A DNA stretch of 63,307 nucleotides, filler included, from Klebsormidium nitens (Eukaryota; Plantae; Klebsormidiophyceae): assembly GCA_000708835.1 (NCBI GenBank). It is 5 parts of 5 records of this genome, joined end to end, with 100 filler letters (N's around TTAATTAATTAA, not from the genome) between each part and the next. Parts side by side here need not be neighbours in the genome. Positions count along the whole stretch, not along the records: positions 27,738 to 42,810 come from DF238022.1; positions 42,911 to 49,885 come from DF238320.1; 3 more parts are not named here. One strand, 5' to 3'. The notes beneath the pieces are model-generated. The model was not told the DNA's origin. It did not search any database and saw nothing but the letters and a program-made list of their open reading frames with translations. A program made the position numbers and the translations under genes. Below, piece after piece: positions 37,101 through 49,584 of the stretch. Within the stretch, counting starts at the first letter, position 1. Each line of letters opens with the position of its first letter.

Positions 37101-38166
37101 TTCAGGCAGGAAGACGAGCCGCGGGCCGGGCAATCGGGGCATCCCGTGGCAGGGGTCGACAGAGAGGGCGCGGAAGGGGCGAAACGTCGAGGCGTGTGCG
37201 CGCGCGTGGGACGAGATGGACTGGACGCGTTCTTGGCGGAGGAACCGGAATTTGAACAGGTGGACAGAGCAGCGGTTTTAAGCGTTCAATCCAAGACCCA
37301 AACGGAGGGTTTGAACCTCCCTTTGAGAGGCCGGACGGTTCTAATCGCCGAGGATAACGTCCTTCTGCGGAAGCTCGCAGTCCAGGCGATGGCGAAATTG
37401 GGTGCGCGCGCCGTCGCGGTGGAGAATGGGCGGCTGGCCGTGGACGATATCGAGCGGCGGGCCGCGGCCGGCGAGGAGAGATATGACTTCGTGCTTATGG
37501 ATTTCATGGTGAACACCTGTCTCACCGGTTGCCCCGATGCTGGTTCGTGTTTGGTTCGGTACTCTTCCTTCAGACGATGCGTGCTTCAAACTGCTTAGTA
37601 CTTGCAAGCAGCCTGGGGCGTCTTGAGCGCCGCTCAAGCGCGGGGAGAGTTCCGCACAATCAACAGTACAGGCTGTCTATTGCTTCATCAAAAATTTGAT
37701 ACGAGGTGATTGATGTCCAAATCGCTGTCGGACAAGCTGGAGCCTGATTTTGATGATTCTTTCATTCACGGTTCTGGAATCTGCTATTGGAAGAGTACCG
37801 AAGCCAGGACTATTGACCCGAGTCAAAGGCCAGACGTGTTGTTTTCAAGCTCCTCCTGCCTTCGGCGCGCAAGCCTTTGAGAAGCTAAAGAGCTAGACGA
37901 AACCGTCAGTGTTTGCCTTTCAGATGCCCGTCATGGACGGTCTCGCGGCGACGCGGCTGGTGCGCGACCTCGAGCGAGCGCGCGGGATGGGGGACCACGT
38001 GATCATTGTCGCGCTCACGGCCGGCACATCGTGCGACGACCAGCGCGCGTGCATCAAAGCCGGGATGGATGTCTACCTCACGAAGCCCATTGATACATCC
38101 ATGCTCCTTGCGAAAGTGCTGCCGCTTCTTGGGGACAATAGCTTGCGTGTACAGATAGAGCATTGA
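31137..38166 (+). CDS. Hybrid histidine kinase, AHK1/CKI1 type (2 TM, Cache-like ectodomain, HisKA, HATPase, pseudo-receiver, receiver); 5' exon(s) uncertain, possibly from ATG 29434
   Basis: TM1 VLLASLLAGTTTITFHFTR; TM2 YIISSVTVGICGLGFLAIIYLT; H-box FFAKT-S-HDIRTPLAAMLG across an intron; N-box GDPTRCRQIFMNLLSNSIKFT; G-boxes EDSGCGIP, HGGTGLGLGIV; AHK1-like VAWVV..AGFLAIATKPLYESKL; receiver VLIAEDN..FVLMDFM|MPVMDG..YLTKP. Confidence 0.9.
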
Positions 38167-39449
38167 GAGTGTAGGAACTGATTGCTTCAATCGGAAAGCG
38201 AATCGCGCGCACGCTCGAGAATGTTACGAGTGAGGTTGAATCGGCTCCGGTTTGCTGCGAAATGCAGAGCGCACAAATCTTGCGGGACGGTCCTGGTGCC
38301 GTAAAAGTTGGAAGAACAACCCGCCGAGAGTTGATCCGCCGCGTGTACTGAGTTTGACGCGCAGACATCTGGGGGTTTTTGGGACGAGAAGTATTTTGTG
38401 TTTGAACCGAATAGAAGTCCGAAAACAGCACGCATTTTCATCCACAGGAGTCTGACTCGGTGGTTTAGTTTCACTGGATGGGTTCGACTGTGCCAGAGAC
38501 TCACGGCCCGGACCGGAACGTGATGTAGCTTGACTCTGCTGCAATTCTCGACGACCACAAAGCCAGAGTGTTCTTAAAAGTGCATGTTTTACACACCACT
38601 CGATTTGAGTGTCGGCACAAACTTGAAAACTCGTTCCCCGTCAGTATCTTGATCGAAAGTATTATGCAGGCGGGACCGATCTCGAGGTTTTCAAAGCCTC
38701 AGGTCGACGGTGCCCTTGCATTGAATAAGACAATGAGTACGGTTATCCGGGAACGCGCGAGCGCACCAAGCGGGCTGCGGCGCTTGATCAGACATCATTC
38801 TACTCACTGTCAATGTGAATCGAGTATCATAATCATGACTCAGACGAGAGGCACCCTAGATTGCTTGAAGCATTGAAATACATGCGACCGCGCCCTTGTT
38901 CAACCCACACTGAAGCTAACCAGACAGAGCGCCCCACTAACGGCCCAGGGGCAAGTACACCGTGCGCAGTAGTGGAAAAACGCGAAGTTCGGAGGCGAGG
39001 AGAGGAACAAAAGGAAGAGACCTAATAATAACGAAGCGGTCGGTCTCCTCGTCGTACAAGACAAGGTGGCATTCCTCAGCCAGGAAAGACCGTACATACA
39101 GCATGCAAGAGGTCTGAAGCGGGCCAAGAAGTAGATGTATTCATGTGAGGGGATACCGGTTGAGCGAGGCTAGAACGTTTGACTAATGTACATACTAACC
39201 GAGCTATCGATCTGCAATCCTACACATGCTTGCTCAGGCTTCGGCCGTGGACCACTAGCGTTGACATACTACAAGGATGCGAAGGTATTGTCAATGCTCT
39301 AATGTGACGCTGGTATGACATTCCTGGTTGGGCAAGCACTTCGACAGATAATAATTACTATAACGACATTGACTATCAATACCTGCACGCTACCTGTCCG
39401 ATCTAGGCTGCTTCTGAGAATCCGCCATATATTCTTCTCTCAACTGCTT

Positions 39450-42400
39450 CTAGCGGCGACCAGCCCTTCGCTCGTCATCTGTTTCTAGAAACACTCCTTG
39501 CACCATGTCCCAAGAGACACTCTCTTTCTTCAATCGCAAACCCTTGTATGCCGTGAACTGGTTCATCGTAGCATGATGCCTGATCCTTTCCCCTTTGTTA
39601 AAACCCTTCGCCTTCAGATCCTTCGTCAGGGCAGACGGCTTGCACTTCCCCTTCTGCTCTTGGTTGAGATACGCGTTGTATGCCGCGTGCATGACAGAGG
39701 TTTGGATCAGGAAGCTCTGTCCAACCTCACATTCCGACTTTATGAACACCTCCAATGGGTCGTTACTAGCATACAGCTCCTGCTTGCACTGCTTCAGATA
39801 TGCGGGCTGGTCCCCGATGCCACCGTTCTTCGAATTGGTGACTTGCCCGTTCACCAGCCAAACCAGAAGTTCCTGCTGCGCTTCGGGGGTCTTCATCTGG
39901 TCCTTCAACGTCAGATCCCTCGGACGAATCCTCGGGTCCCCTTCCACGTAATTCTCTCGCTTGACGAAAGAACGCTCCAACGGGAAGTATATCAGCCGAT
40001 CCTCCATCGCAGCATCCGCAAAATCAAGAAGCGGCGGACGATTGGACGTCACCACAAACTGCAAAGAGAGCGAGCACGAGCGCGTCATACACAAGGCTTC
40101 AAAGGCCCAGTACCAGGTCTCTCGTTCATCAGAGAACAGGAGCCATCTTTCCGACCCGTCCCCCAGCAAAGCTGCGTTAATTCGGGGTTTCCGATTTTGG
40201 TTTGTGCCCGGTATGCTCATGGGACGTCGAGCACGGTGTCGAAACGCCACTATAAAGGCGATTTTCTGCGAAGGTCAAGTCTGTGGGTCGCCCTAAGATG
40301 CGATCCAACCCGTAAGATCTTCATCCAGCGGTCTAAATACTTTCCAAGGCTTTCGCAAGGACGCTCAATCTGCACGGATAAAATACAAGGACTCAAGCGA
40401 AGTCAATGCATTCGAAACACCGTTGCCTAAGCTCTAGAGTAGCGAAGCGTCCCTTCTCGAAAAAGACGTTGATCCACGACAACCCGTATCATTGTCGGAG
40501 AGGATTTCGAAGGCAAACCTTGGCCGTCGGCTTGAAAGTCGCATCCGCACCCCTCTCGTACAGATCCCTCGCGTTTATGTCCGCCCCCCCAGTCATGTAC
40601 TTCACTCCTGCATCATCCACCCGGTCCATTGCGCCGCTCTCGTCGATCAACACCACGCGCTTCTTCTTCGTAGCTGCCAAATCCGTGTTCGCACCACCCC
40701 TGGAGATCTCCCCCTGCCCCGCAGCCCTGAAGATGAGGCTCTTGTTGCCTTGGAGGAAGAACAACCCCAGCAAGTCTCTGACAGCCTCCATCAGCAGCCC
40801 CTTGCCTGCACGACACAGCAGGGGGGGGCTAAGCACTGTTCACCCGGGTTCGCTGTCCCGCCTCTTTCACTCCAGGTTACATCCTGCGGATCTGGGCATA
40901 TCGATGAGGTGCAGGCTTACCGGAGGCTGTAGGACCACATATGTACACCAGGACCCGCTCATCCACGTCGCCGGTTAGCAAGTACCTGCAAGAAGATTCG
41001 CCGTCGTCGTCAATATATCCATTTTGAAGCGGGCGCCCGATGGCAGACCAGTGCGGATGTTTTCATCAGAATGCACGTGCCCGAACACCAGCTGCAGAAG
41101 GAGCTCACCCCAGTACCCGCTGCAGGTAGGACACGATCTCCGCCCGCTCCGGGTACACGTCCACCATCCACGCGTCCCTCAAGATCTTGTCGACCAGCGG
41201 CGTTGGGTGCAGGAGGCCATCTCGAGGATAGTCCGACCCGAGCGTAGAAGAGAACAGGTACCGGGGGTGATGAGGTTTCAACGTGCCGTCCTTCAGGTCG
41301 ATGACCCCGTTCTTGACGGGCAGGGCCCACTTGCTCACGTAGTCCAAGTCCCGTGCGAATTCGGGTCGTAGAAGCGGTGCCTGGCGTACTTGATCACACC
41401 ACCGGGGCCACCGGCCCCATTCCAGCGGGGCCGCCTCTTCGGGAGCAGCTTTGCCAGCCGCTTCACCGCATCCTCGTCGCCCTCCTCCTCAGCCGCCTTC
41501 GCCAGCTTGGCCGCTTCCCTGTACGCCCGGTCGGTCGCTTGCGTCAGCTGGTCGGCTATGATGTTGTGCACCATACCGCCCTGTGCCTCCGGGATGTCCT
41601 TCTCGAAGACCCGCGCGTTCCAGAAGTAAAAGCCGGCACCGCTCCCGCTGCTGCTGCCCGCCACCCACTTGATGCGCGGATCCCCAGCGTAGAGAGCTCG
41701 AAGGAGGCGCGACCCGCCATCCGCAGACAACCACAGGTACCTTGCCGCCATGTCGAGCGGAACCCGCTTGTAGATGCTCTGGTCCGTTCCAGAGACGGGC
41801 CCGATGCCACACTCCCCCACGACGATGCCCGCCAACGCAGGATCCTCCTCCAACTCCGTCCTTGCACGCCGGTCGCACACCCCGCCGTGGCACCGCTCGG
41901 TGAATCGGTCCGTCTGGGGATCGTAATAGAAGGAAACGCTGTTGCTGCCCCTGTGCGCCACGTCGTGACCGCACACCCACCCCCCCCTGAGGCTTGTACT
42001 CGAAGCGCCACTCGCCACTCTCCATGCGCTCCCTCTTGTAGTACACGTAAGAGCGGCTGCCCCGGCAACTCAAGATAGCGTCCAACCGGGCCACGACCGA
42101 GGCGGACAGCTCGCCCTCGGCCACCGGGATCGGCCGCGCCGTCTCACCCTCGACCCCGAGGGCAACCCCAGCCCCTCTCGCAACCCTACTGGCTGGCCTC
42201 GGCCCCCGGCACGTGCCCTCCCTCTGAGCGGGGGCCTGTGAGTTCAGCAGCTCGATCAGCACTGGCGGCATGGCGGGCAGCTCTCCCTTGCCCGGAATCG
42301 GCCGGAGGGCCTGGTAGTACCGGGTCTCGCCCGTGGTCTTGCTGAAGGTGATCGACGTGGGGGGCAGTATGATCAGACCACCGTCGCCCCGAAGGTCCAT

Positions 42401-42617
42401 GCTCACGCTCTGCCCGTCCAGCACCATCTTCACCATGTTGCTCATCTGATTCGCCTTCCACGGCTCGATCGCCAGCCCCGCCCGCACCGACTTTTCGTAG
42501 CTGAAGAAGGCGTGCCTGCCGCCCGACTGTGTGAGGGTGTGATCCAGGCTGCCGAAGGGGATCCCGGCAGAGTCGAGCAGCTCCCTGTAGGCCGTCATCC
42601 CGTTCCCCAGGTCCACA
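39450..42617 (-). CDS. Virus/plasmid-type bifunctional primase-polymerase (Prim-Pol) + D5/P4-family SF3 helicase, spliced, 5'-truncated, two single-base frameshifts
   Basis: Prim-Pol motifs TQSGGRHAFF, MDLRGDGGLIILPPT; D5_N LPVKNGVIDLKDGTLKPH; Walker A GPTASGKG, Walker B VVLIDES, motif C FVVTSN. GT-AG introns 41108-40986, 40920-40806 and 40518-40059 each preserve the frame. Frameshifts at ~41980-41987 and ~41363-41366. Confidence 0.88.
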
Positions 42618-42810
42618 CTACATTGACCATCCCGTTGTCAAAAACCGCACTTTAACTAGGTACATTTCGGGGTCCCGAACTTTCCGCTGGCTGGGGCTGG
42701 CACCGTCCGATGAGTGCCACGTATAGGGACCGAGTCCAAGTCTGTCAGAATTGCACTTGTACACTGCGGCAGTACTTTCTCCGTCGAGTGTACTCGGAAA
42801 ATTCAAGGTT

Positions 42811-42910
42811 NNNNNNNNNNNNNNNNNNNNNNNNNNNNNNNNNNNNNNNNNNNNTTAATTAATTAANNNNNNNNNNNNNNNNNNNNNNNNNNNNNNNNNN
42901 NNNNNNNNNN
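42811..42910. other. Artificial contig spacer
   Basis: 44 N + TTAATTAATTAA + 44 N. Confidence 0.97.
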
Positions 42911-42999
42911 CGGTCCTAAATGCCCGTATCTCAACAGAGGCTATCAAGTGAGATTGCTAGAAGGAAAATCAAAAGCGTAGGTCCAAACACGGACGAATC

Positions 43000-45900
43000 T
43001 GGATTCCGTAAGTAGATTCTGAAATCGAGTGAATTTGCCGCATGACAACGCATCTAAGAAAAAATTCATTCTTGCTGAAAATAACAACCTGTTAGTCGAA
43101 TGTCATGGCGTGCAGACATCCAAAAAATAGCTCACAAATATTCCATTATGCGTGGACCACTTACCGCTTTCGCAGTGCCCTTGTTGATTTTCAATACCAC
43201 AATAGTATTGTCAATGTGCAAACGAATGTGTTGACCGTTCAATGCGGTGGAATACTATAATTGTTCGAGAATGAAAACCACAGACATTTCGTGTATGTGA
43301 ATAGGTTTGACCGGCTTGGGTGCATCCGAAAAGAGAGCTTGCAACGATGAAAGGGAGAATGTCCCCATGAGAAAGGCACCATAGCCATAGCTGGAGGAAG
43401 TATCGGTCGATAAGTCATGCAAAGAAAAGGGTTTAGTAGCATATAAATCAGTTCGACCGCTAATTTATGGCAAAATTGTTGCCACATTTCACAATTGAGA
43501 AGAAGATTGGAGAAATGCGAACATGTTAATGGGATCGGATTTCACTCCATATCACTAAATCAACGTTGAAAATTACGGCCGCCATATAAACCTTGCAAAT
43601 CAATCCAAATTGCCATTCAAGTTTCTCGATTACAACGCGGAATACTAGCATGCTGCAAGGTTTCATGACCACGCGAGGAGGAGAAGCTAAACTTTCACAA
43701 TTGAGGCAAGCTTGCATAGCCACGGAATTCAATGTGATACCAAGAAACTCGATGCCTTGACATGGAGTTATACTTTTATTCGCCCGTATATTGACTCTTG
43801 AAGCCGAGTTTACGTAGAAATTTGCGGAGTGCTCAAGATGCAACCAAGCCACTGCTTGATCGACGCGATTGAGGAAGTCGTCTGCATAGACAATGATGCA
43901 ATCAAAACATAGCCGTTTCATCATCTAACAAATGCTTGCCCGACGCAATTGCATACCTCACAAGCATTTTTCGAACCGAACAGCAGGAAACCGTCTAAAT
44001 ACATATCGTCCGAGCAATCGTTGGCCAACAAAAGCCCGATTTGTTTTCAAAAGGCCAATCTGTTGCAATCAGACAGATTAGTGGGGACGTGACGATAGAC
44101 CGCTTTAATGTTCGACCTTTGCCTTGTAGCACCCACTGCTCATGAGCCGCACTGTGTCATCTACAAAGTGTAATGAAAAGTTGGGTTGCGTCTGCGCATC
44201 ATAAATTTAGCGAACGACCAAGCGGCCGTGAAACATTGTGAATTAGTCGTACAATCGTTTCAATTTTAGGGACCGGGCCAAAACTGCGCCCGAAAGCTGA
44301 TGTTCGATTGTCATCAAGGAGAAAGATTGGAATGGCAATAATATCAGAGTGGAGCGCAGACTGAATTTGGTCGCGCGCAATGCAAACCAAGTTGTACGTA
44401 TAACATTCGAACTGCGCGATAGCCGCAAAGGCTGGGGCGTAAGCCCAAGTCGCCGCAGAGGCATTTGTGCCCGCGAGCCGGGGGCAAGCCGTACCCAAGA
44501 CACAGGTTTAGTTGTTCCACTGGTCAAAGCATCGTTGGGTGGTGGACCAAACGAAGCCATTGCTTTGGACCGCGGCGCAAACCAGAAAGGAAAAGGACTG
44601 AAAGGATTTGCTCAATTTTTCACTTTAAGAGGCTGCCATGCCGCAAAGTGCTCCATGCGCGTCTGGCAGAGACTGTCGAACGGGGTGCCGGTTGCCCATT
44701 GGTTCGTCGTGTGGTGAGAAATATAAAAATCGAAAAGATTTCCAAAGGCCATCCTTGTCCCCGCACCTCGCATTCAAGACAAGCGTCATGCATCAAATCT
44801 GATATTGAGCATCTTTTGGGCCCTAAATCCCACTGCACGGCTGTCTGAAGGCGCTTGGATGTCTTCACGCTGGCAGGTCGGACCACTTTGTCTTACGTCT
44901 CGCCACATCGCCTGACATGACATGTCGGATAAGTCGCGATTGCGCCTCAGTGACACTATCTAAGACGAGCTTTTGAGGCGCTTTTCCTTTGGAGGGAAAG
45001 CACTTTTAGAGCATTGAATGAGAAAATCATCAATCAAAAGGGGCTTTGGGGGCTGAATCGGGAAGAACGTGTATAGTCGAGGCCAACCGGCCCGACTGGA
45101 GCAAGTTGCGGGCTGGAGTAGTCGAAGGCGCCCCGGTCAGCGAAAATGTATCCTCCGGAGCAGCGACTGGCGCCACAAGACATTCGACGGCGGCGCGCTC
45201 AAAATGCCATGCGTGGGAAAACGTGCAGGGGGCATCAGGACAGGCGGTTGGGCCACTAACAGAACATGGGCATAACCCGAGGGTGGTGCAGGCACGAACT
45301 GAGCAAATCAGGGGGTTCCAAGAGGGGCAACATGTTGCACTTGAGGCCGAATAGGGTCAGGGGGAGGAGAAAGGGGGGGGGGGGCGAGGGGGGGAGCGGG
45401 AAATACACTTGCTGGGATCGTGAGATTACCGTGGCCCATCACAAGCATTTCTCGATGCATCATTGCATTGCTCTTGCATTCAAAAATGCATATATAAAGC
45501 GATCAACACTTGGGTCATATTCCAAGAAAGCCAACGGAGGCGGAGGAGCCGTTGTTGCGAGAGGAATACAAGAGATGGAAGGCCTGGGGACATCATCTCC
45601 GGCGGTCGCACAGATCGAGATGGGCCATGGCTCGTGTTTAGAAGCATGAAGGAAAAGGGCATAGGCCATTGCCACCCTCACCTGCAAATGCCGCAGCAAT
45701 ATTCAACTGAATTGGACCGAGTCGATCATCAATGGTGCGGGGCGGAGGTGGGGGAGTGGAGGAGAGAGGCCATTGCCTAACATATTGTACCCCCGTCCAT
45801 AGTACGGATTAGTAGGGGGGAGGCAAGGAAGGGATCAGAAGGCCTCCTCCCACCATAACTGCTAGTCTAGGACCACATGACTGCGATGGCTGCACGGGCA

Positions 45901-46060
45901 ATGGTGCAGATGACTGCACAAATTATGATTTTTGTGCAAGTAATGATGGTCCATCAAAGTGGAGCGCACGATCAGCACCGTTGTGCTTTGCTAATGATTC
46001 ACTCACTCTTCTTCCTACATTTCCTCATCCGGATCTGCATTGCCACCAGCACTAAACCTA
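43000..46060 (-). mobile_element. Decayed DIRS-order (Ngaro/PAT-like) retrotransposon: gag-like region, RT, RNase H start
   Basis: SFGPVPK..RLIHNVSRPLGRSLN, VDDTVRLMSSGCYKAK, IVYADDFL, KSITPCQGIEFLGITLNSVAM, FSDA. These spacings are typical of DIRS-order RTs. Many stops; no tyrosine recombinase is visible before the contig end. Confidence 0.75.
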
Positions 46061-46099
46061 GATAAGATCCGGCCAAAGCTAATGCAGAGGGAGCACAAG

Positions 46100-47846
46100 C
46101 TAAAGTTGAGGGCTGAAGCGGGGTCCTTGGAGGGGATTCCTTGAAGATGGAGCGGTGGCTTATGCCGCCAGCATAAGGCTACTCGAGCTCAGAGAAGGGC
46201 CGGGGAAGCTCGGAGGTAAGAGGCGGGAGCTCAAACCCGCCAACGTGCTATTGTTCTGGCAATGTGTGCCACATGAAGGGAAAGTGCAGGTGCGTGATGC
46301 GGAGTGCCGCAAGTGCGGCAAGAGGGGCTGCACGGAGGCGGTGTGTAGGCAGATTGCGCGCGCAAGTGGCCGTGCGGAGGAGAGAATTTCTGCGGAGGAT
46401 GCAAATGGAGTAGCTTTTACGGCGTGGGGCAACGATAGGGATGTGCGCAAAGGGGTGTGGATTGTCGACTCGGGCAGCACCCAGCATGTTACGGCCGAAA
46501 GGAGCCACTTCACGAGCTACAAAGAGCTCGTGCGTGACGAAAAGATCGTGAGGATCTGTGCTGAGTCTCTAATCGCAGTGGGCATTGGAGAAATGGAGCT
46601 CAAGTAGAAGACCCCAAGCGGTGTGAGTCCGGTAACGTTGTGGGAGGTTTGGCACGCTCGGAGGGCACATGCGACTTTGTTCGCTCTGACGAGAGCGATC
46701 GACGCAAGAGCACGTGTGGTGGTGCTCGAGGGAGAACCGCCCAAATTGAAACGGACAATCTGGTCCGTATGGAGGCAGTCAAGCGTGGGGGACTGTGGGA
46801 AATTGAGACCGTGAGGAAGCAGAGAGCATTTTTTGCAAGGGGTCAGGTAAAGGGGAACCGGGTGTGCGCCACGGCAAAGGGGCCGATAAAGCGGAAGCGT
46901 GGTGAGAAAGACGGTGAAGGTCGTGGAGCTCGACCTAGACGAGTTAGACAACGAAAATGGGGGCGTCGAACGAGAGAGGAACTTCTGTGGGGGCGGATGA
47001 GGTGCCGCGTACATATCCCGAAATGGTCGAAAAAGGGGCGGAGTTTGAAGTGAAGCGCGAGAAAGATGCGCACGCGCCCGCGACGGACCGCGGTTGCGCC
47101 GAGCGCACAGATTCAAAAAGAGGCCAATGTGGGCCGATTGTGGAAATTGTGCAAGAAGTTGTGAAAGTGTTCGAGGAGATCGGAAAGGGCAATGAGAGCC
47201 CAAAGACGGCGGTAGAGAGCGAGCCCGCCGGTGTCGAATAGGCAACAGAGAAGCCTGTAGTGGAGTCCAATAAGTTGGAAAGATATTCCGCAAAAGTGCG
47301 ACGGGAGCCCGCGAAGTGGTATCGAGCAAATGTGGGAGCAACAGCGGAAGCCGTGGGAGCCGAAAAGCCGGAGCACGGAGTGGAAAAGACGTCGGTCGGA
47401 GAAGAGCGACGCAGTGCGCTACCAAAAGAGCAGAGATGGCAAAAGTGGAGGCGTCTGGGTGACGCCAAAGGCAAAGAAGACAGCCCGCAAGAGAAGCGTG
47501 ACGAGTTAGAGGCCTTAGAGTAAATTCGTCTAAGTGGAAGTGTTAGAATTTGGTGATTATGATCAGCCGGATTACTATGTGATTAGGGTTCGACCCGAGT
47601 TGAGTTTGAACTAGTGAGCGCCGGCGTGCACGAACGGCGGTTAGGCGGTTAAACCGTTTGGCGATTTGAAGGTTAGGCGGTTGAGAGCGGCCGTCAGTGT
47701 AAGCCGTAGATAAGTGCATAGAAGACTAAGATTGAGTGTGATTGTGAGCTAGGCTAGTAAGCCAAGTAGTTTGTGACGTTTAGGTTAGTAAGCCTAGTAG
47801 GCTAGTGAGCCTAGTGGAACGGAAGAGACCCGTAAGACTCTTAACA
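46100..47846 (+). mobile_element. Internally deleted Ty1/copia fragment with 3' LTR
   Basis: Degenerate knuckle CRKCGKRGCTEAVC, protease VWIVDSGSTQHVT, VGIGEMEL, post-integrase RYSAKVRREPAKWY, then an LTR. No integrase core, RT or RNase H. Confidence 0.75.
47541..47846 (+). repeat. Copia-type LTR (306 bp)
   Basis: Begins TGTTAG and ends TTAACA, directly after the Copia coding remnant. Confidence 0.65.
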
Positions 47847-48899
47847 CTTGGTGAAAACCACCAATGTGATACATCATTCCAATAGAAGGTTGTGGAGAGA
47901 AGGAAGCCGCTTGTGAGGCGCTTCGTGTGTCTTAGGATGCATGGCTGCCATCATTGAGTGATGAGCATAGGTGTCAGGCAACACGATAAGACCCGATGAA
48001 GAGTAACTCAACTACACTACGACCTCCCTACCACGAGTTTCAACAGGGCCGCTTTCAATAGGCACGGCATACTGGTGACGCCCCTCACCACCGAAGAGGA
48101 GAAGACGCGCTTCTACCTCGCCAAGCACCAACAGTTGTACTTGTGGTCGGTCGCTGGCAATGGAGTGCGAAAGGTGTTTCGCTGACACATGCTTCGGGTT
48201 CTTCGTCACCGTCAGCGATCAGCAAGTCTATTTGGAGTGTGCAGAAGGAGAAGAGGTCTCAAGCATGCAGACGGCAACCGAGCTCAAGGAGCTTAGAGGG
48301 TATCTCAGAAAGTGGGGCCCCATGGCAGACTCGTGCTTGTGCAAAGAGGGGGGGCTGCTGGGCGGGGTTATCGAGGAAACTGGATAGGGTTACCTGATCC
48401 TCGACGACTGTGGTTCCCCGCTGGAGGATGGCCCCCGGAAACCGGTGAGCAGTACAAACGGCGGGCAATTGAGAGTCGGGAACGAGCCCGAGGTGACTAC
48501 AAAGGAGGGAATTGAGTATTTGAAAGAGAGTGCGGCCGCTACAAGGGACAAGGCTGCGCGGAAGGGCCTGGGCTCATGATTCGTGGGTTAGAAGGGTGCG
48601 TGCTCTATCAGGGGGATCGGGAAGAGTTGAAGGATATCCGGAAGTTTGCGCTCGAGCCTGAACTGTGCGCATTGGATGGCATGAGCACAGGTACGGGGCG
48701 CTGAATCTGCCGGCAGTTGACGCCCGCCCTGAGAAGAAGCCAGTGGCCTTGGTACGGAGGGGCCGAGACCTTGCGCCAAGATATGACGACGGGTCCTCAC
48801 GCAGAGTTGGCATGTTGAATAAAGCATAAGGATGTGGTGGAGATGCAGAAGCATTCGCCCACCTCCAAACTTTGAGCTTTTCGAGCCACTTCCTCAATT

Positions 48900-49525
48900 T
48901 ATTTGTGTTGTCCTCCCACCTTGATCAAAGTGTTACTCCAGCAGACTGAAAGCGTCGATACAGGGGACTGGATTGGTGTCGAAAGAGGGGCAACGGAAGG
49001 CGCCTCACTTTTCCAGACGCCCACCGAAAGACCCTTGCGTCATCCATGTTGGAACCTCCTCTCCAAACCCCAAGAACTCCACAGCAGCGGCATACTCCTC
49101 CGGCAAACCCTCCAAGGCGCAGCTCCCTCTGAGACGGTTTGTCCCGCCGCCTACAAGTCTATCTTGAGCTTCCGGAATTCCCTCAGGTACTCTGCAATGG
49201 CTTTCCCCTTGGTCAACCTTAGACCCGTCAGCTTCTCTTGATCCGAATCATGCGCGCATTGCTCCTCTTCTCAAACAGTGTCCTCCAAATTCTTCCACGC
49301 TTTCTCCGCAATGGGTTCCCCCTCAATCAACTTCACATAAGCATCTTCCGTGTGGATCAGCATCAACCCCCTTGCTTGGCTTGACACTTTCCTTCCGTCC
49401 ACGGACTCCGGCTCGTCCAATGCACACAGCCATCCCTTGTATGCTAGAAGCCCACGAAACTTGGCCTTCCACGTTGACCGATTCTTACACACAATTGCGG
49501 ATTAGACACTCTGTCTCCCGCCATA
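48900..49525 (-). pseudogene. gag: Ty1/copia gag 5' fragment
   Basis: TWKAKFRGLLAYKGWLCAL..SSQARGLMLIH..AEKAWKNLE..LTGLRLTKGKAIAEYLREFRKL, with stops. Confidence 0.7.
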
Positions 49526-49584
49526 AAAAAAAGAAGCCGTTTGTGCATGGAACAGCTACGGTGCGGATTTCTGTACCGGCAAAC

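Noticed and set aside
39498-42078. Long plus-strand ORFs 39498..40430 and 41353..42078
   Set aside because: Antisense to the primase-helicase exons; no recognisable domains.
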